NCBI GenBank assembly: GCA_963835405.1
Contig: CAWIFV010000004.1
Location: forward strand, 71,506-135,505
Origin: an uncultured Actinomycetota bacterium
GTDB lineage: Bacteria > Actinomycetota > Actinomycetes > JAFAQI01
Length of the DNA stretch: 64,000 bases
Direction of reading: 5' to 3'
Shown here: in pieces, positions 12,761-23,117 of the stretch
How positions within the stretch are numbered: the stretch's first letter is position 1
How the letters are laid out: each line of letters starts with the position of its first letter
Notes under the pieces: generated by a model
What the model saw: only the letters and a program-made list of their open reading frames with translations
Database searches by the model: none
Told to the model about the DNA's origin: nothing
Translations under genes and position numbers: made by a program

Positions 12761-13227
12761 GTGCCGGCATCTCCCGACAGCAGGTGCGCGCGGCCGTGGA
12801 GCCGACCGTCGCCGCCGCCGGCTACGACCTCGAGGACGTCACCGTCACCACCGCGGGGCGCCGCCGGGTCGTGCGGCTGGTCGTCGACCGCGACGGCGGG
12901 GTCGACCTCGACGCCGTCGCCGAGGTCTCCCGCGAGGTCTCCGCGGCGCTCGACGCCGGTGACGCCCTGGGGGAGGTCCCCTACACGCTCGAGGTCACCT
13001 CGCCCGGGGTCGACCGGCCGCTCACGCTGCCCCGGCACTGGCGGCGGGCGACCGGTCGCCTCGTCCGGGTCACCCTCGCCGACGGGGAGGTGCTCACCGC
13101 CCGCGTGCGGCGGGCCGACGAGGCTGGCGTCACGTTCGACGTCGACGGTGCGGACCGGACCGTCGAGCAGCCGGTGCTCGGCCCCGGCCGGGTGCAGGTC
13201 GAGTTCGGCCGGGAGGAGCCGCGATGA
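12761..13227 (+). CDS. rimP: Ribosome maturation factor RimP; exact start unclear
   Basis: [11 protein letters not shown] ... [15 protein letters not shown]-type sequence ([14 protein letters not shown]). The strong SD GGGAGGTG at 12748 precedes a GTG at 12761 that is one frame off the body, which suggests an indel near 12770. An alternative in-frame GTG is at 12784. Confidence 0.75.
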
Positions 13228-14219
13228 ACATCGACGTGCTCGCGCTGCGCTCCCTCGTCCGCGAGAAGGACGTGTCCTTCGACACCGTGGTCGAGGCCAT
13301 CGAGAGCGCCCTCCTCGCGGCGTACCAGCACACAGCCGGGGCCGCCGCGCACGCCCGCGTCGAGCTCGACCGCAAGACCGGCGAGGTGCGGGTCTGGGCG
13401 CAGGAGCTCGACGAGACCGGTGAGCCGGCCCGGGAGTGGGACGACACCCCCGAGGGCTTCGGCCGGATCGCCGCGATGACCGCCAAGCAGGTCATCATGA
13501 CCAGGCTGCGGGACGCCCAGCAGGACACGACCTTCGGCGAGTGGTCCGGCAAGGAGGGCGACGTCGTCAGCGGCGTCATCCAGGCCCATGCCGGTGTGCG
13601 GCCGGACGGGCCGGTCTTCATCGACCTCGGTGACCTCGAAGCCGTGCTGCCACCGGCCGAGCAGGTGCCCGGGGAGAGCTATGTCCACGGGGAGCGGCTG
13701 CGCTGCTACGTGCTGCAGGTCAACCGGGGCATGCGGGGCACGCAGGTCACCGTCAGCCGGACCCACCCGAACCTCGTCAAGAAGCTGTTCGCGATGGAGG
13801 TGCCGGAGATCGCCGACGGCACCGTCGAGATCTGCGCGATCGCCCGCGAGGCCGGCCACCGCACCAAGGTCGCCGTGCGCTCGCACGCACCGACCGTGCG
13901 GGCCCGCGGGGCCTGCATCGGGCCGCTGGGCGCCCGGGTGCGCGCGGTGGTGACCGAGTTGCACGGCGAGAAGATCGACATCGTCGACTGGGACGAGGAC
14001 CCTGCCACGTTCGTCGGTAACGCTCTGTCACCGGCCACGGTCAGCTCGGTCGCCGTCGTCGACGCCGCCGCCAAGGCTGCCCGCGTGGTGGTCCCCGACT
14101 ACCAGCTCTCGCTGGCCATCGGCCGCGAGGGCCAGAATGCCCGGCTGGCCGCGAGGCTCACCGGATGGCGGATCGACATCCGGCCCGACACCCCCGCCGC
14201 GGAGCCCGACGGCGGGTGA
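13224..14219 (+). CDS. nusA: Transcription termination/antitermination factor NusA
   Basis: Intact 331-aa ORF whose ATG overlaps the rimP stop. It has an S1/KH-type sequence (GDVVSGVIQ..., [26 protein letters not shown]). Confidence 0.95.
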   Translation: MNIDVLALRSLVREKDVSFDTVVEAIESALLAAYQHTAGAAAHARVELDRKTGEVRVWAQELDETGEPAREWDDTPEGFGRIAAMTAKQVIMTRLRDAQQDTTFGEWSGKEGDVVSGVIQAHAGVRPDGPVFIDLGDLEAVLPPAEQVPGESYVHGERLRCYVLQVNRGMRGTQVTVSRTHPNLVKKLFAMEVPEIADGTVEICAIAREAGHRTKVAVRSHAPTVRARGACIGPLGARVRAVVTELHGEKIDIVDWDEDPATFVGNALSPATVSSVAVVDAAAKAARVVVPDYQLSLAIGREGQNARLAARLTGWRIDIRPDTPAAEPDGG

Positions 14220-14247
14220 CGGTTCGCGCCACGCCCGACCGCGGGGC

Positions 14248-14253
14248 TAGACT
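14248..14253 (+). promoter_or_regulatory. Putative -10 hexamer TAGACT for a leaderless ylxR transcript
   Basis: TAGACT, then 6 nt, then the GTG start at 14260. No SD is present. Confidence 0.4.
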
Positions 14254-14259
14254 CTCGCG

Positions 14260-14619
14260 GTGACGAAGCGCGCGGAGCCGGTGCGCACCTGTGTGGGTTG
14301 CCGGTCCCGGGCTGCCAAGTCAGATCTGTTGCGCGTCGTCGTGACCGACAGTGCGGCTGAGCGATCAGCCGGGGTCGCGGCACCGGCCACCGTGCTGGTG
14401 CCCGACCTGCGGGGTCGCCTGCCGGGCAGGGGTGCCCACCTGCACCCCGACCCGGAGTGCCTCGCCCTGGCGGAGCGCCGACGGGCTTTCGGTCGCGCCC
14501 TGCGCGCCGAGGGGCCGTTCGACCTCACGCTCGTACGCCAGCAGATCACCAGCACCACCAGGCACCAGCCGACGTGGACCTCGCCGAAAGGGCGGACGAC
14601 GACGATGAGCGCTCGATGA
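14260..14619 (+). CDS. ylxR: YlxR/DUF448 family RNA-binding protein
   Basis: RTCVGCR motif, and the canonical position between nusA and infB. Confidence 0.8.
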   Translation: MTKRAEPVRTCVGCRSRAAKSDLLRVVVTDSAAERSAGVAAPATVLVPDLRGRLPGRGAHLHPDPECLALAERRRAFGRALRAEGPFDLTLVRQQITSTTRHQPTWTSPKGRTTTMSAR

Positions 14620-14713
14620 GCCAGCACCGATGAGCACGCGCATGACAGGTGTGCCAGTGCACTGACAACGGCTTGCGGACGGCAACCCGACCGCAGGCCA
14701 CCGAAGGAGAAGA

Positions 14714-17471
14714 GTGGCCAAGGCCCGGGTATCTGCGATAGCCAAAGAGATCGGACTGCCGTCGAAGCAGCTCATCGAGTGGCTGAACAACAACGGGGAG
14801 TACGTCAAGACCCCCTCGTCGACCGTCGAGGCGCCGGTCGTCGCCAAGATCATGGCGGCCTTCCCGGCCGCCCCCAAGCCGGAGGCCGAGAAGGCCCCGG
14901 CGAAGAAGGCCGCGAGCAAGTCGGCCGCCAAGAAGGCCGCCGCGGCCGACGGGGGAGCCCCCGCACCGGCGCCCGCCCCGGCGCCCGTCGCGGAGCCCCG
15001 CAGCCCGGCCGCGCCCGAGCAGCCTCCGGCCGCACCGCCGGCGCCGGCCGCTCCCGAGCAGCCCGCCGCGGCCGCCACGCCCCCCGCGGCCCCGCCGCGC
15101 CCCGCGGCGCCGGGCGTGCCCCGACCCGGCAACAACCCCTTCACCACCCGGGACCGGTCGACGGCGATGCCGCCCCGGCCCGGCACCCCGCCCCGCCCCG
15201 GCGCCGGGCGGCCGGGTCCCGGCGCGATGCCGCCGCGGCCCATGCGCGCCCGGCCCCGGCATGATGCCGCCGCGTCCCGGCGGACCCGGCGGACCCGGCG
15301 GACCCGGCGGACCGGGCGTCGGTCGCCCCGGTCGCACCGGCGGCGGCCCTGGCGGTCCCGGCGGCGGCCCTGGCGGTCGCGGTGGTCCGGGCGGCCGCTC
15401 GGGCGGTGGCTTCGGTGGCCGTCCCGGCGGTGGTCCCGGTGGTCCCGGCGGTCCCGGTGGTCCCGGCGGCGGTGGCCGTCCCGGCGGTTTCGGTGGCCGT
15501 CCCGGTGGTCCCGGCGGCCGTGGGCGAGGCGCACCCACGCAGGGCGCGTTCGGTCGCGGTCCGGGCGGGCGCCCGGCTCGTGGCCGCAAGTCGAAGAAGC
15601 AGCGCCGTCAAGAGTTCGACAACATGCAGGCGCCGTCGATCGGCGGCGTGCAGGTCCCCCGTGGCAACGGCGAGACCATCCGGCTTCCCCGCGGGGCGAG
15701 CCTGGCCGACTTCGCCGACAAGATCGGCGCCAACCCGGCGTCGCTCGTCCAGGTCGTCTTCACCCAGATCGGCGAGATGGTGACCGCGACGCAGTCGGCG
15801 CCCGAGGAGACGCTGCAGCTGCTCGGCACCGAGCTCGGCTGGGAAGTCCGCATCGTCACGCCGGAGGAGGAGGACGCCGAGATCCTGTCGCGGTTCGACC
15901 TCGAGTTCGACGCGGAGGAGGACGAGGCCGACCTCGAGCCGCGCGCGCCGGTCGTCACCGTCATGGGTCACGTCGACCACGGAAAGACGAAGCTCCTCGA
16001 CGCCGTCCGCACCGCCAACGTGCAGGCGCGGGAGGCCGGTGGCATCACCCAGCACATCGGTGCCTACCAGGTGCACACCACGGTCGAGGACAAGGACCGC
16101 ACCATCACGTTCATCGACACCCCGGGCCACGAGGCGTTCACCGCCATGCGAGCCCGCGGTGCGCAGGTCACCGACATCGCGATCCTCGTGGTCGCCGCCG
16201 ACGACGGCGTGATGCCGCAGACGATCGAGGCGCTCAACCACGCCCAAGCGGCCGACGTCCCCGTCGTCGTCGCGGTCAACAAGGTCGACAAGGAGGGCGC
16301 CGACCCGGCCAAGGTGCGGGGTCAGCTCACCGAGTACGGCCTCGTCGCCGAGGAGTACGGCGGCGACACGATCTTCGTCGACGTCTCCGCCATCACCAAG
16401 GCCGGCATCCCGCAGCTGCTCGAGTCGGTCGTGCTCACCGCCGACGCCGCACTCGACCTGCGGGCCAACCCGAAGCGTCCCGCCGAGGGAGTGGCCATCG
16501 AGGCTCACCTCGACCGCGGCCGCGGGCCGGTCGCGACGGTGCTGGTGCAGCGCGGCACCCTGCACATCGGCGACTCGATCGTCGCCGGCGACGCCTACGG
16601 CCGGGTGCGCGCGATGCTCGACGAGAACGGCGAGTCGGTGGAGGCGGCGACGCCGTCCCGTCCGGTCATGGTGCTCGGTCTGACGAGCGTCCCCGGCGCG
16701 GGCGACAACTTCATGGCTGTGCCCGAAGACCGCATGGCCCGCCAGATCGCCGACCAGCGGCAGGCGCGGGAACGGTTCGCCGAGCTCGCCAAGGGCCGTG
16801 GCCGGATGACGCTCGAGGACGCGCTGCGCCGGATCCAGGAAGGCCAGATCGACCAGCTCAACCTCATCCTCAAGGGCGACGTCTCCGGTTCGGTGGAGGC
16901 CCTCGAGGACGCCCTGTTGCAGATCGAGGTCGGCACCGAGGGCGAGGTCGGCCTGCGCATCATCGGGCGCGGTGTCGGTGCGATCACCGAGAACGACGTC
17001 AACCTCGCGAAGGCCTCCGATGCCGTCATCATCGGGTTCAACGTCCGGCCTGAGGGCAAGGCCCGCGAGCTGGCCGAGCGCGAGAAGGTCGACGTCCGCT
17101 ACTACTCGGTCATCTACGCCGCGATCGAGGACGTCGAGAGCGCGCTCAAGGGCATGCTCAAGCCGGAGTTCGAGGAGGTGCAGCTCGGGACCGCCGAGGT
17201 CCGCGAGGTGTTCCGGTCCAGCAAGGTCGGCAACATCGCCGGGTGCGTCGTCCGCTCCGGCGTGATCGTCCGCAACGCCAAGGCGCGGCTCGTGCGGGAC
17301 GGTGTCGTCGTCGCGGACAACCTCACCATCGCCGGGTTGCGCCGGTTCAAGGACGACGTCACGGAGGTCCGGGAAGGGTTCGAGTGCGGTATCTCGCTCG
17401 GGTCCTACAACGACATCTCCGTCGACGACGTCGTCGAGACGTTCGAGATGAGGGAGAAGCCTCGGACCTGA
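14714..17471 (+). pseudogene. infB: Translation initiation factor IF-2; a single +1 frameshift near 15248 in the Pro/Gly-rich linker as sequenced
   Basis: The N-terminus MAKARVSAIAKEIGLPSKQLIEWL lies in ORF 14714... The rest ([25 protein letters not shown]) lies in ORF 15261..17471. The junction is readable as ..[15 protein letters not shown].. if one base is removed from ATGCGCGCCC. Confidence 0.9.
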
Positions 17472-17477
17472 GTGTTC

Positions 17478-17593
17478 GGCGCGGGTCGGGCCCTCCGTCA
17501 CCACGCGACGAAGCCGGGTGCCCGGTCGACGCATTCGGTGGTCGGGACCGGCTTCGTCGCTAGTGCTCCTCCGGCCCCGACCCGACCCGCGCC
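17478..17593 (+). terminator. Nested double-stem structure immediately 3' of infB (possible terminator or processing element)
   Basis: The outer stem pairs GGCGCGGGTCGGG (17478-17490) with CCCGACCCGCGCC (17581-17593). The inner stem pairs GCGACGAAGCCGG (17505-17517) with CCGGCTTCGTCGC (17548-17560). Both are perfect 13-bp stems. Confidence 0.4.
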
Positions 17594-17627
17594 GCGCGCT
17601 CGCTCCTCGTGTTCGGGCGGAGAAGAG

Positions 17628-17927
17628 ATGTTTGTCGGAACCGTTGAGTTCGACCTGCTGCTGGGGGAGGTGCACTCGCTCAAGGAGAAGCGGGGCATCG
17701 TGCGGCCGTTGGTCGGGGAGCTGCGACGCCGGTTCGAGGTCGCGGCGGCGGAGGTCGGTGACGCCGACCTCCACCGCCGGGCGCTGGTCGGGGTCGCGGT
17801 CGTCGCCGACACCGCCGGACACTGCGGCGAGGTGCTCGACCGGTGCGAGCGGCTGGTGGCCGAGCGCCCCGAGGTGGAGTTGCTGTCGGCCCGGCGGGCG
17901 TTGCACCGCTCGTCGGACCAGGACTGA
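17628..17927 (+). CDS. DUF503 (YlxP-like) protein
   Basis: MFVGTVEFDLLLGEVHSLKEKRGIVRPL..., in the conserved position between infB and rbfA. Confidence 0.8.
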   Translation: MFVGTVEFDLLLGEVHSLKEKRGIVRPLVGELRRRFEVAAAEVGDADLHRRALVGVAVVADTAGHCGEVLDRCERLVAERPEVELLSARRALHRSSDQD

Positions 17928-17944
17928 GAGTCGAGGAGGACACC

Positions 17945-18376
17945 GTGGCCGACCAGGCACGGGCTCGCCGGATGAGCGTCCGGGTGCGCGAGATCGTCGC
18001 GGACGTCGTCGAGCGGCGGGTGAAGGACCCGCGCCTCGGGATGGTCACCATCACCGACGCCCGGCTCACGCCCGACCTCCGCGAGGCGACGGTCTTCTAC
18101 ACCGTGTGGGGCGATGACGCCGCCCACGTCGACACCGCCGCCGCGCTGGAGAGCGCCAAGGGTGTCATCCGCAGCGCCGTCGGCCGTGCCACCGGGCTCA
18201 AGCACACCCCGTCGCTGGCGTTCGTGGCGGACGCCGTGCCGGAGAACGCCAAGCACATCGAGGAGCTGCTCGAGCGGGCGCAACTGTCGGACGCGCACGT
18301 CCACGAGCTCGCGGAGCACGCTCGACCGGCCGGCGAGGCGGATCCCTACCGGCACCCGCCTGCCGACGACGAGTGA
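17945..18376 (+). CDS. rbfA: Ribosome-binding factor A
   Basis: GTG start; RVREIVADVVERRVKDPRLGMVTITDARLTPDLREATVFY. Confidence 0.9.
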   Translation: MADQARARRMSVRVREIVADVVERRVKDPRLGMVTITDARLTPDLREATVFYTVWGDDAAHVDTAAALESAKGVIRSAVGRATGLKHTPSLAFVADAVPENAKHIEELLERAQLSDAHVHELAEHARPAGEADPYRHPPADDE

Positions 18377-19260
18377 CGACGGCCGGCGACGCCCCCGCCG
18401 GCGACGGGCTCGTCGTCGTCGACAAGCCGGGCGGCTGGACGTCCCACGACGTCGTCGCCCGCCTGCGCCGGCTGGCAGGCACCCGCCGGGTGGGTCACGC
18501 CGGCACCCTCGACCCGATGGCGACCGGCGTACTGGTCGTCGGTGTCGGCCGCGCCACCCGCCTCCTGGGGTACGTGGCCGGCGGCGACAAGGAGTACGAC
18601 GCCACCATCCGGCTGGGTGTCACGACCACCACCGACGACGCCGAGGGCGAGGTCGTCGCCACGCGAGGCACCTCGGCCGTCGACGACGCGTCCGTGCTGG
18701 CTGCCATGGACGAGCTGGTGGGGGACATCGACCAGGTGCCGTCGTCGGTGTCCGCCGTCAAGGTCGACGGGAAGCGCGCCTACCAGCGCGTGCGCGCCGG
18801 CGAGACGGTCGCGCTGGAGCCGCGCCGGGTGAACGTGGCGGCCTTCGAGTTGCTCGACCGGCGCGGGGACACACTCGACGTCCACGTCTCCTGCTCGACC
18901 GGGACCTACGTCCGCGCGCTCGCCCGCGACCTGGGCGAGGCGCTCGGCGTCGGGGCGCACCTCACCGCGCTGCGCCGCACCCGGGTCGCGGGGTTCACGC
19001 TGGAGGTCGCCCGGACCCTCGACCAGCTCGCTGCCGACTTCACGCTCCTGCCGCTCGGTGCCGCGGTGACGGCCGCCTTCGCCCGGGTCGACCTCACCGC
19101 CGAGGAGGCGCGCCGGCTGGCGCTCGGGCAGCGGCTGCCGCCGAAAGGCCTCGGGCCGGGTGTCCTCGGTGCCTTCGGCCCGGACGGGTCGGTCGTCGGT
19201 CTCGTCGAGGAGCGCGATGGCGCGCTCCGGCCGGTCGTCGTCTTCGCCCCCCAAGGTTGA
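18373..19260 (+). CDS. truB: tRNA pseudouridine(55) synthase TruB
   Basis: Intact 295-aa ORF with GLVVVDKPGGWTSHDVV and HAGTLDPMATGVLVV. Confidence 0.95.
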   Translation: MTTAGDAPAGDGLVVVDKPGGWTSHDVVARLRRLAGTRRVGHAGTLDPMATGVLVVGVGRATRLLGYVAGGDKEYDATIRLGVTTTTDDAEGEVVATRGTSAVDDASVLAAMDELVGDIDQVPSSVSAVKVDGKRAYQRVRAGETVALEPRRVNVAAFELLDRRGDTLDVHVSCSTGTYVRALARDLGEALGVGAHLTALRRTRVAGFTLEVARTLDQLAADFTLLPLGAAVTAAFARVDLTAEEARRLALGQRLPPKGLGPGVLGAFGPDGSVVGLVEERDGALRPVVVFAPQG

Positions 19261-19313
19261 GTGCGACGCCCCGTGTCGTATCCGGCCCGGATACGACACG
19301 GGGCGTCGCACTC
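19259..19313. repeat. Perfect palindrome with 27-bp arms and a 1-nt centre, at the truB stop; I-shaped terminator or palindromic repeat element
   Basis: GAGTGCGACGCCCCGTGTCGTATCCGG C CCGGATACGACACGGGGCGTCGCACTC. A related degenerate copy lies at 61511-61571. Confidence 0.85.
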
Positions 19314-19326
19314 GACAGGCGGTCCT

Positions 19327-19332
19327 TAGGCT
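19327..19332 (+). promoter_or_regulatory. Putative -10 hexamer TAGGCT for leaderless ribF
   Basis: TAGGCT, then 6 nt, then the GTG at 19339. Confidence 0.4.
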
Positions 19333-19338
19333 GGGGGC

Positions 19339-20310
19339 GTGCAGCGCTGGACGGGTCTCGAGGGCGTGCCCGACGACATCGGGTCCACCGTCGTCTCGAT
19401 CGGCGTCTTCGACGGCGTACACGTCGGGCATCGCATGATCCTCGACCGTGCCGTCCGCGCCGCCCGCGACCGCGAGTCGCTGTCGGTCGTCGTCACGTTC
19501 GACCCGCACCCGGCCAAGGTGGTCGGCCGACCGGTGCCGCTGATGCTCGCCAACATCCACCGCCGGGCCCAGCTGCTCGCCGAGGTCGGCATCGACCGGA
19601 TGTTCGTCCTCCCGTTCACCCGCGAGATCTCGGAGTGGCCGCCGGAGGAGTTCGTCCGGCGGCTGCTCGTCGACCGGCTCCACACGGTGCACGTCGTCGT
19701 GGGGGAGAACTTCCGGTTCGGGCACAAGCAGGCGGGCGACGTCGAGGTGCTCGCCCGGCTCGGCCGCGACGCGGGCTTCACCGTCGACGCCGTACCGCTG
19801 TTGAGCGGCGGAGAGGAGCCGGTCTCCTCGACGTGGATCCGCCGCCGGATCGACGAGGGTGACGTGGCCGCCGCGGCCCGGGGTCTGGGTCGGCTCTACT
19901 CCCTCGACGGTCCGGTCGTGCGCGGCAACGGCCGCGGCAAGCCGATGGGCTATCCCACCGCCAACGTCGACGTCGCCGAGGAGGCGGCCGTGCCTGCCGA
20001 CGGGGTCTACGCCGGTTGGCTCGCGCGGCTTCCCGCCCCGGACGCGTCGCGCCCCGACGCCGCGGCGGGCGAGCCCGAGCGGCTGCCGGCCGCCGTCTCG
20101 ATCGGGACGAACCCCACCTTCGACGGCACCGAGCGCCGGGTCGAGGTCTACGTCCTCGACGCCGATCTCGACCTCTACGGCGAACGCGTGCGCGTCGAGT
20201 TCAGCGAGCGGCTGCGCCCGATGGTGAAGTTCGAGGGGGTGGAACCGCTCGTCGCCCAGATGGACGAGGACGTCCGGCGGACCCGTGAGCTGCTCGCGAC
20301 CGGCGCCTGA
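19339..20310 (+). CDS. ribF: Bifunctional riboflavin kinase / FMN adenylyltransferase
   Basis: Intact 323-aa ORF with [11 protein letters not shown] and PTANV. Confidence 0.95.
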   Translation: MQRWTGLEGVPDDIGSTVVSIGVFDGVHVGHRMILDRAVRAARDRESLSVVVTFDPHPAKVVGRPVPLMLANIHRRAQLLAEVGIDRMFVLPFTREISEWPPEEFVRRLLVDRLHTVHVVVGENFRFGHKQAGDVEVLARLGRDAGFTVDAVPLLSGGEEPVSSTWIRRRIDEGDVAAAARGLGRLYSLDGPVVRGNGRGKPMGYPTANVDVAEEAAVPADGVYAGWLARLPAPDASRPDAAAGEPERLPAAVSIGTNPTFDGTERRVEVYVLDADLDLYGERVRVEFSERLRPMVKFEGVEPLVAQMDEDVRRTRELLATGA

Positions 20311-20434
20311 ACCCGGGCGTTCCTGTACTCTGTGCGGGTCAGTAGACGTCTGCCCTTCGTGGCCAGGCTCCTCGCCGCCGCAAGTCCGGCGCGGGGTACA
20401 GCCCCCAGGGCCGGATGAAACCGGAGAGTCCCGC

Positions 20435-20704
20435 GTGCCGCTCGACAACGCAGTCAAGCAACAGATCATCAGCGACTACGCCACCGGCGACGGCGACACG
20501 GGTTCTCCCGAGGTCCAGGTCGCGCTGCTCACGCGGCGCATCAGTGATCTCACCGAGCACATGAAAGCGCACCGGCACGACTTCCACACCCAGCGTGGGT
20601 TGCTTCAGCTCGTCGGCCGGCGCCGGCGACTGCTGCGCTACCTGGAGCAGAAGGACGTGCAGCGCTACCGCGCGCTGATCGAACGACTCGGTCTGCGCCG
20701 CTAG
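20435..20704 (+). CDS. rpsO: 30S ribosomal protein S15
   Basis: 89 codons from a GTG preceded by GGAGAG; [35 protein letters not shown]. Confidence 0.95.
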   Translation: MPLDNAVKQQIISDYATGDGDTGSPEVQVALLTRRISDLTEHMKAHRHDFHTQRGLLQLVGRRRRLLRYLEQKDVQRYRALIERLGLRR

Positions 20705-20846
20705 CACCACCGGAACCGGCGCTGCCGAGGCAGCAGCCCCGGTCCTCGGTAGTGGTGGTCGGGAGCCGGCATCGGCCCCGGGCGCTTCGATCGAAGACCG
20801 GAGCAGATGAGGCCGAGGCGGCGCCCCTCGAACGAAGGAGCGCCTC

Positions 20847-23108
20847 TTGCCCAGTGCGGAGCACCCCACCACGTCCAGTGCAAACACCACGTACGCCGAG
20901 ACGACGCTGAAGTCCTCGCTCGGTGAGCGCACGATCCGCTTCGAGGCGGGTCGGCTCGCCCAGCAGGCCGCCGGCTCGGTCGTCACCTACCTCGGTGACG
21001 ACACGATGGTCCTCTCGGCGACCACCGCGTCGAAGAACCCGAAGGAGAACCTCGACTTCTTCCCGCTGACGGTCGACGTCGAGGAGCGGCAGTACGCCGC
21101 CGGCAAGATCCCCGGGTCGTTCTTCCGCCGCGAGGGCCGGCCCAGCGAGGACGCGATCCTCACCTGTCGGCTCACCGACCGGCCGCTGCGCCCGTCGTTC
21201 GCCAAGGGCCTGCGCAACGAGATCCAGATCGTCTCGACGATCATGGCGCTCAACCCCGACCACCTCTACGACGTCATCGCCATCAACGGCGCGGCCTGCA
21301 GCGTGCTGCTCGCCGGCCTGCCGTTCAGCGGCCCGGTCGCCGGTGTGCGCGTCGCGCTCATCGACGGCGAGTGGGTGCCGTTCCCGTCCTACTCCGAGCT
21401 CGAGCGTGCGGTGTTCGACATGGTCGTCGCCGGGCGGGTCGTGGAGGGCGGCGATGTCGCGATCATGATGGTCGAGGCCGAAGCCACCGAGAACACGATC
21501 GAGCTGGTCCGCGGCGGTGCGCAGGCGCCGACCGAGGAGGTCGTGGCCCAGGGCCTCGAGGCGGCCAAGCCGTTCCTCAAGCAGATCGCCGAGGCACAGC
21601 AGCAACTCGCCGACAAGGCCGCGCAGAGTGGATTGACAGGGACGACGCGCGACTTCCCCGTCTACCTCGACTACGGCGACGACGTCCTCGACGCCGTCGC
21701 GGGTGCGGTCAAGACCGAGCTCGCGGCGGCGCTCACCATCGCCGACAAGCAGCAGCGCGAGACCGAGCTCGACCGGGTCAAGGAGCTCGCCAAGGAGAAG
21801 GTCGGGCCGGACTTCGAGGGCCGGGAGAAGGAGATCTCCGCCGCCTACCGCGCGCTGACCAAGAAGCTCGTCCGCCAGCGCATCATCGGCGAGGGCGTGC
21901 GCATCGACGGCCGCGGCGTGAAGGACATCCGAGCGCTGTCGGCGCAGATCAACGTCGTGCCCCGGGTGCACGGCTCGAGCCTGTTCGAGCGCGGCGAGAC
22001 CCAGATCCTCAACGTCGCGACGCTGAACATGACGCGCATGGAGCAGATGATCGACACGCTGTCTCCCGAGACGCGCAAGCGCTACATGCACCACTACAAC
22101 TTCCCGCCCTACTCCACGGGTGAGACCGGGCGCGTCGGTTCGCCGAAGCGCCGCGAGATCGGGCACGGCGCACTGGCCGAGCGGGCGCTGATCCCCGTCG
22201 TACCGAGCAAGGACGAGTTCCCCTACGCGATCCGCGTGGTCTCCGAGGCGCTCGGCTCCAACGGTTCGACGTCCATGGGGTCGGTGTGTGCGTCGTCGCT
22301 GTCGCTGATGGCTGCGGGCGTGCCGCTGCGCGCGCCGGTCGCGGGCATCGCGATGGGACTCATCAACGAGGGTGACGACTACGTCACGCTGACGGACATC
22401 CTCGGCGCCGAGGACGCCTACGGCGACATGGACTTCAAGGTCGCCGGCACGCGTGACTTCGTCACCGCGCTGCAGCTGGACACCAAGCTCGACGGCATCC
22501 CGGCGTCGGTGCTCGCGGCCGCCCTCCAGCAGGCGCACGAGGCCCGGCAGACGATCCTCGACGTCATGGCGGGTGCGATCGCCGAGCCCGGCGAGATGTC
22601 GCCGTTCGCGCCGCGGATCATCACCGAGAAGATCCCGGTCGACAAGATCGGCGAGATCATCGGCCCCAAGGGCAAGATCATCAACCAGATCCAGGACGAC
22701 ACGGGTGCCGATCTCACCGTCGAGGACGACGGCACGATCTACATCGCCGCGGTCGACGGGGACAAGGCCGAGGCGGCGTTGCGCGCCGTCCGCTCGATCG
22801 TGTCGCCGCAGCTGCCCGAGGTCGGCGAGCGCTACCTCGGCACGGTCGTCAAGACGACGACGTTCGGTGCGTTCGTCTCGCTCACGCCGGGCAAGGACGG
22901 GTTGCTGCACATCTCGCAGATCCGCAAGCTGGCCGGCGGCAAGCGGGTCGAGAACGTCGAGGACGTGCTCGCGGTCGGCAGCAAGGTGCAGGTCCAGATC
23001 GCCGAGATCGACCCGCGCGGCAAGCTGTCGCTCGTCCCGGTCCAGGACGACGCCGAGGGTGAGAAGGCGGCGGACGCGGAGCCGGCCGGCGACCCGCGAA
23101 AGGCGTAA
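20847..23108 (+). CDS. pnp: Polyribonucleotide nucleotidyltransferase (PNPase)
   Basis: Intact 753-aa ORF with an SD GAAGGAG upstream, [10 protein letters not shown], and KH and S1 regions ([13 protein letters not shown]; [15 protein letters not shown]). Confidence 0.95.
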   Translation: MPSAEHPTTSSANTTYAETTLKSSLGERTIRFEAGRLAQQAAGSVVTYLGDDTMVLSATTASKNPKENLDFFPLTVDVEERQYAAGKIPGSFFRREGRPSEDAILTCRLTDRPLRPSFAKGLRNEIQIVSTIMALNPDHLYDVIAINGAACSVLLAGLPFSGPVAGVRVALIDGEWVPFPSYSELERAVFDMVVAGRVVEGGDVAIMMVEAEATENTIELVRGGAQAPTEEVVAQGLEAAKPFLKQIAEAQQQLADKAAQSGLTGTTRDFPVYLDYGDDVLDAVAGAVKTELAAALTIADKQQRETELDRVKELAKEKVGPDFEGREKEISAAYRALTKKLVRQRIIGEGVRIDGRGVKDIRALSAQINVVPRVHGSSLFERGETQILNVATLNMTRMEQMIDTLSPETRKRYMHHYNFPPYSTGETGRVGSPKRREIGHGALAERALIPVVPSKDEFPYAIRVVSEALGSNGSTSMGSVCASSLSLMAAGVPLRAPVAGIAMGLINEGDDYVTLTDILGAEDAYGDMDFKVAGTRDFVTALQLDTKLDGIPASVLAAALQQAHEARQTILDVMAGAIAEPGEMSPFAPRIITEKIPVDKIGEIIGPKGKIINQIQDDTGADLTVEDDGTIYIAAVDGDKAEAALRAVRSIVSPQLPEVGERYLGTVVKTTTFGAFVSLTPGKDGLLHISQIRKLAGGKRVENVEDVLAVGSKVQVQIAEIDPRGKLSLVPVQDDAEGEKAADAEPAGDPRKA

Positions 23109-23111
23109 CGA
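23106..23111 (+). promoter_or_regulatory. Putative -10 hexamer TAACGA (overlapping the pnp stop) for a leaderless M16 peptidase gene
   Basis: TAACGA, then 6 nt, then the GTG at 23118. Confidence 0.3.
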
Positions 23112-23117
23112 CTCCTC

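Noticed and set aside
15240-15265. The infB frame change could have been a programmed recoding event.
   Set aside because: There is no slippery heptamer or downstream structure. The change lies in a repetitive Pro/Gly linker, and removing one base from ATGCGCGCCC explains it. The window is full of similar unprogrammed indels.
19259-19338. A structured element directly upstream of ribF might have been an FMN riboswitch.
   Set aside because: It is a simple perfect palindrome with none of the multi-stem conserved FMN-element core. FMN riboswitches control the rib biosynthesis and transport genes, not ribF. A related copy exists at an unrelated locus.
20705-20846. A hairpin-rich rpsO-pnp spacer was considered as a candidate novel RNA.
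   Set aside because: This spacer is the well-known position of the rpsO terminator and the pnp autoregulatory leader. Nothing in the sequence suggests anything beyond that.
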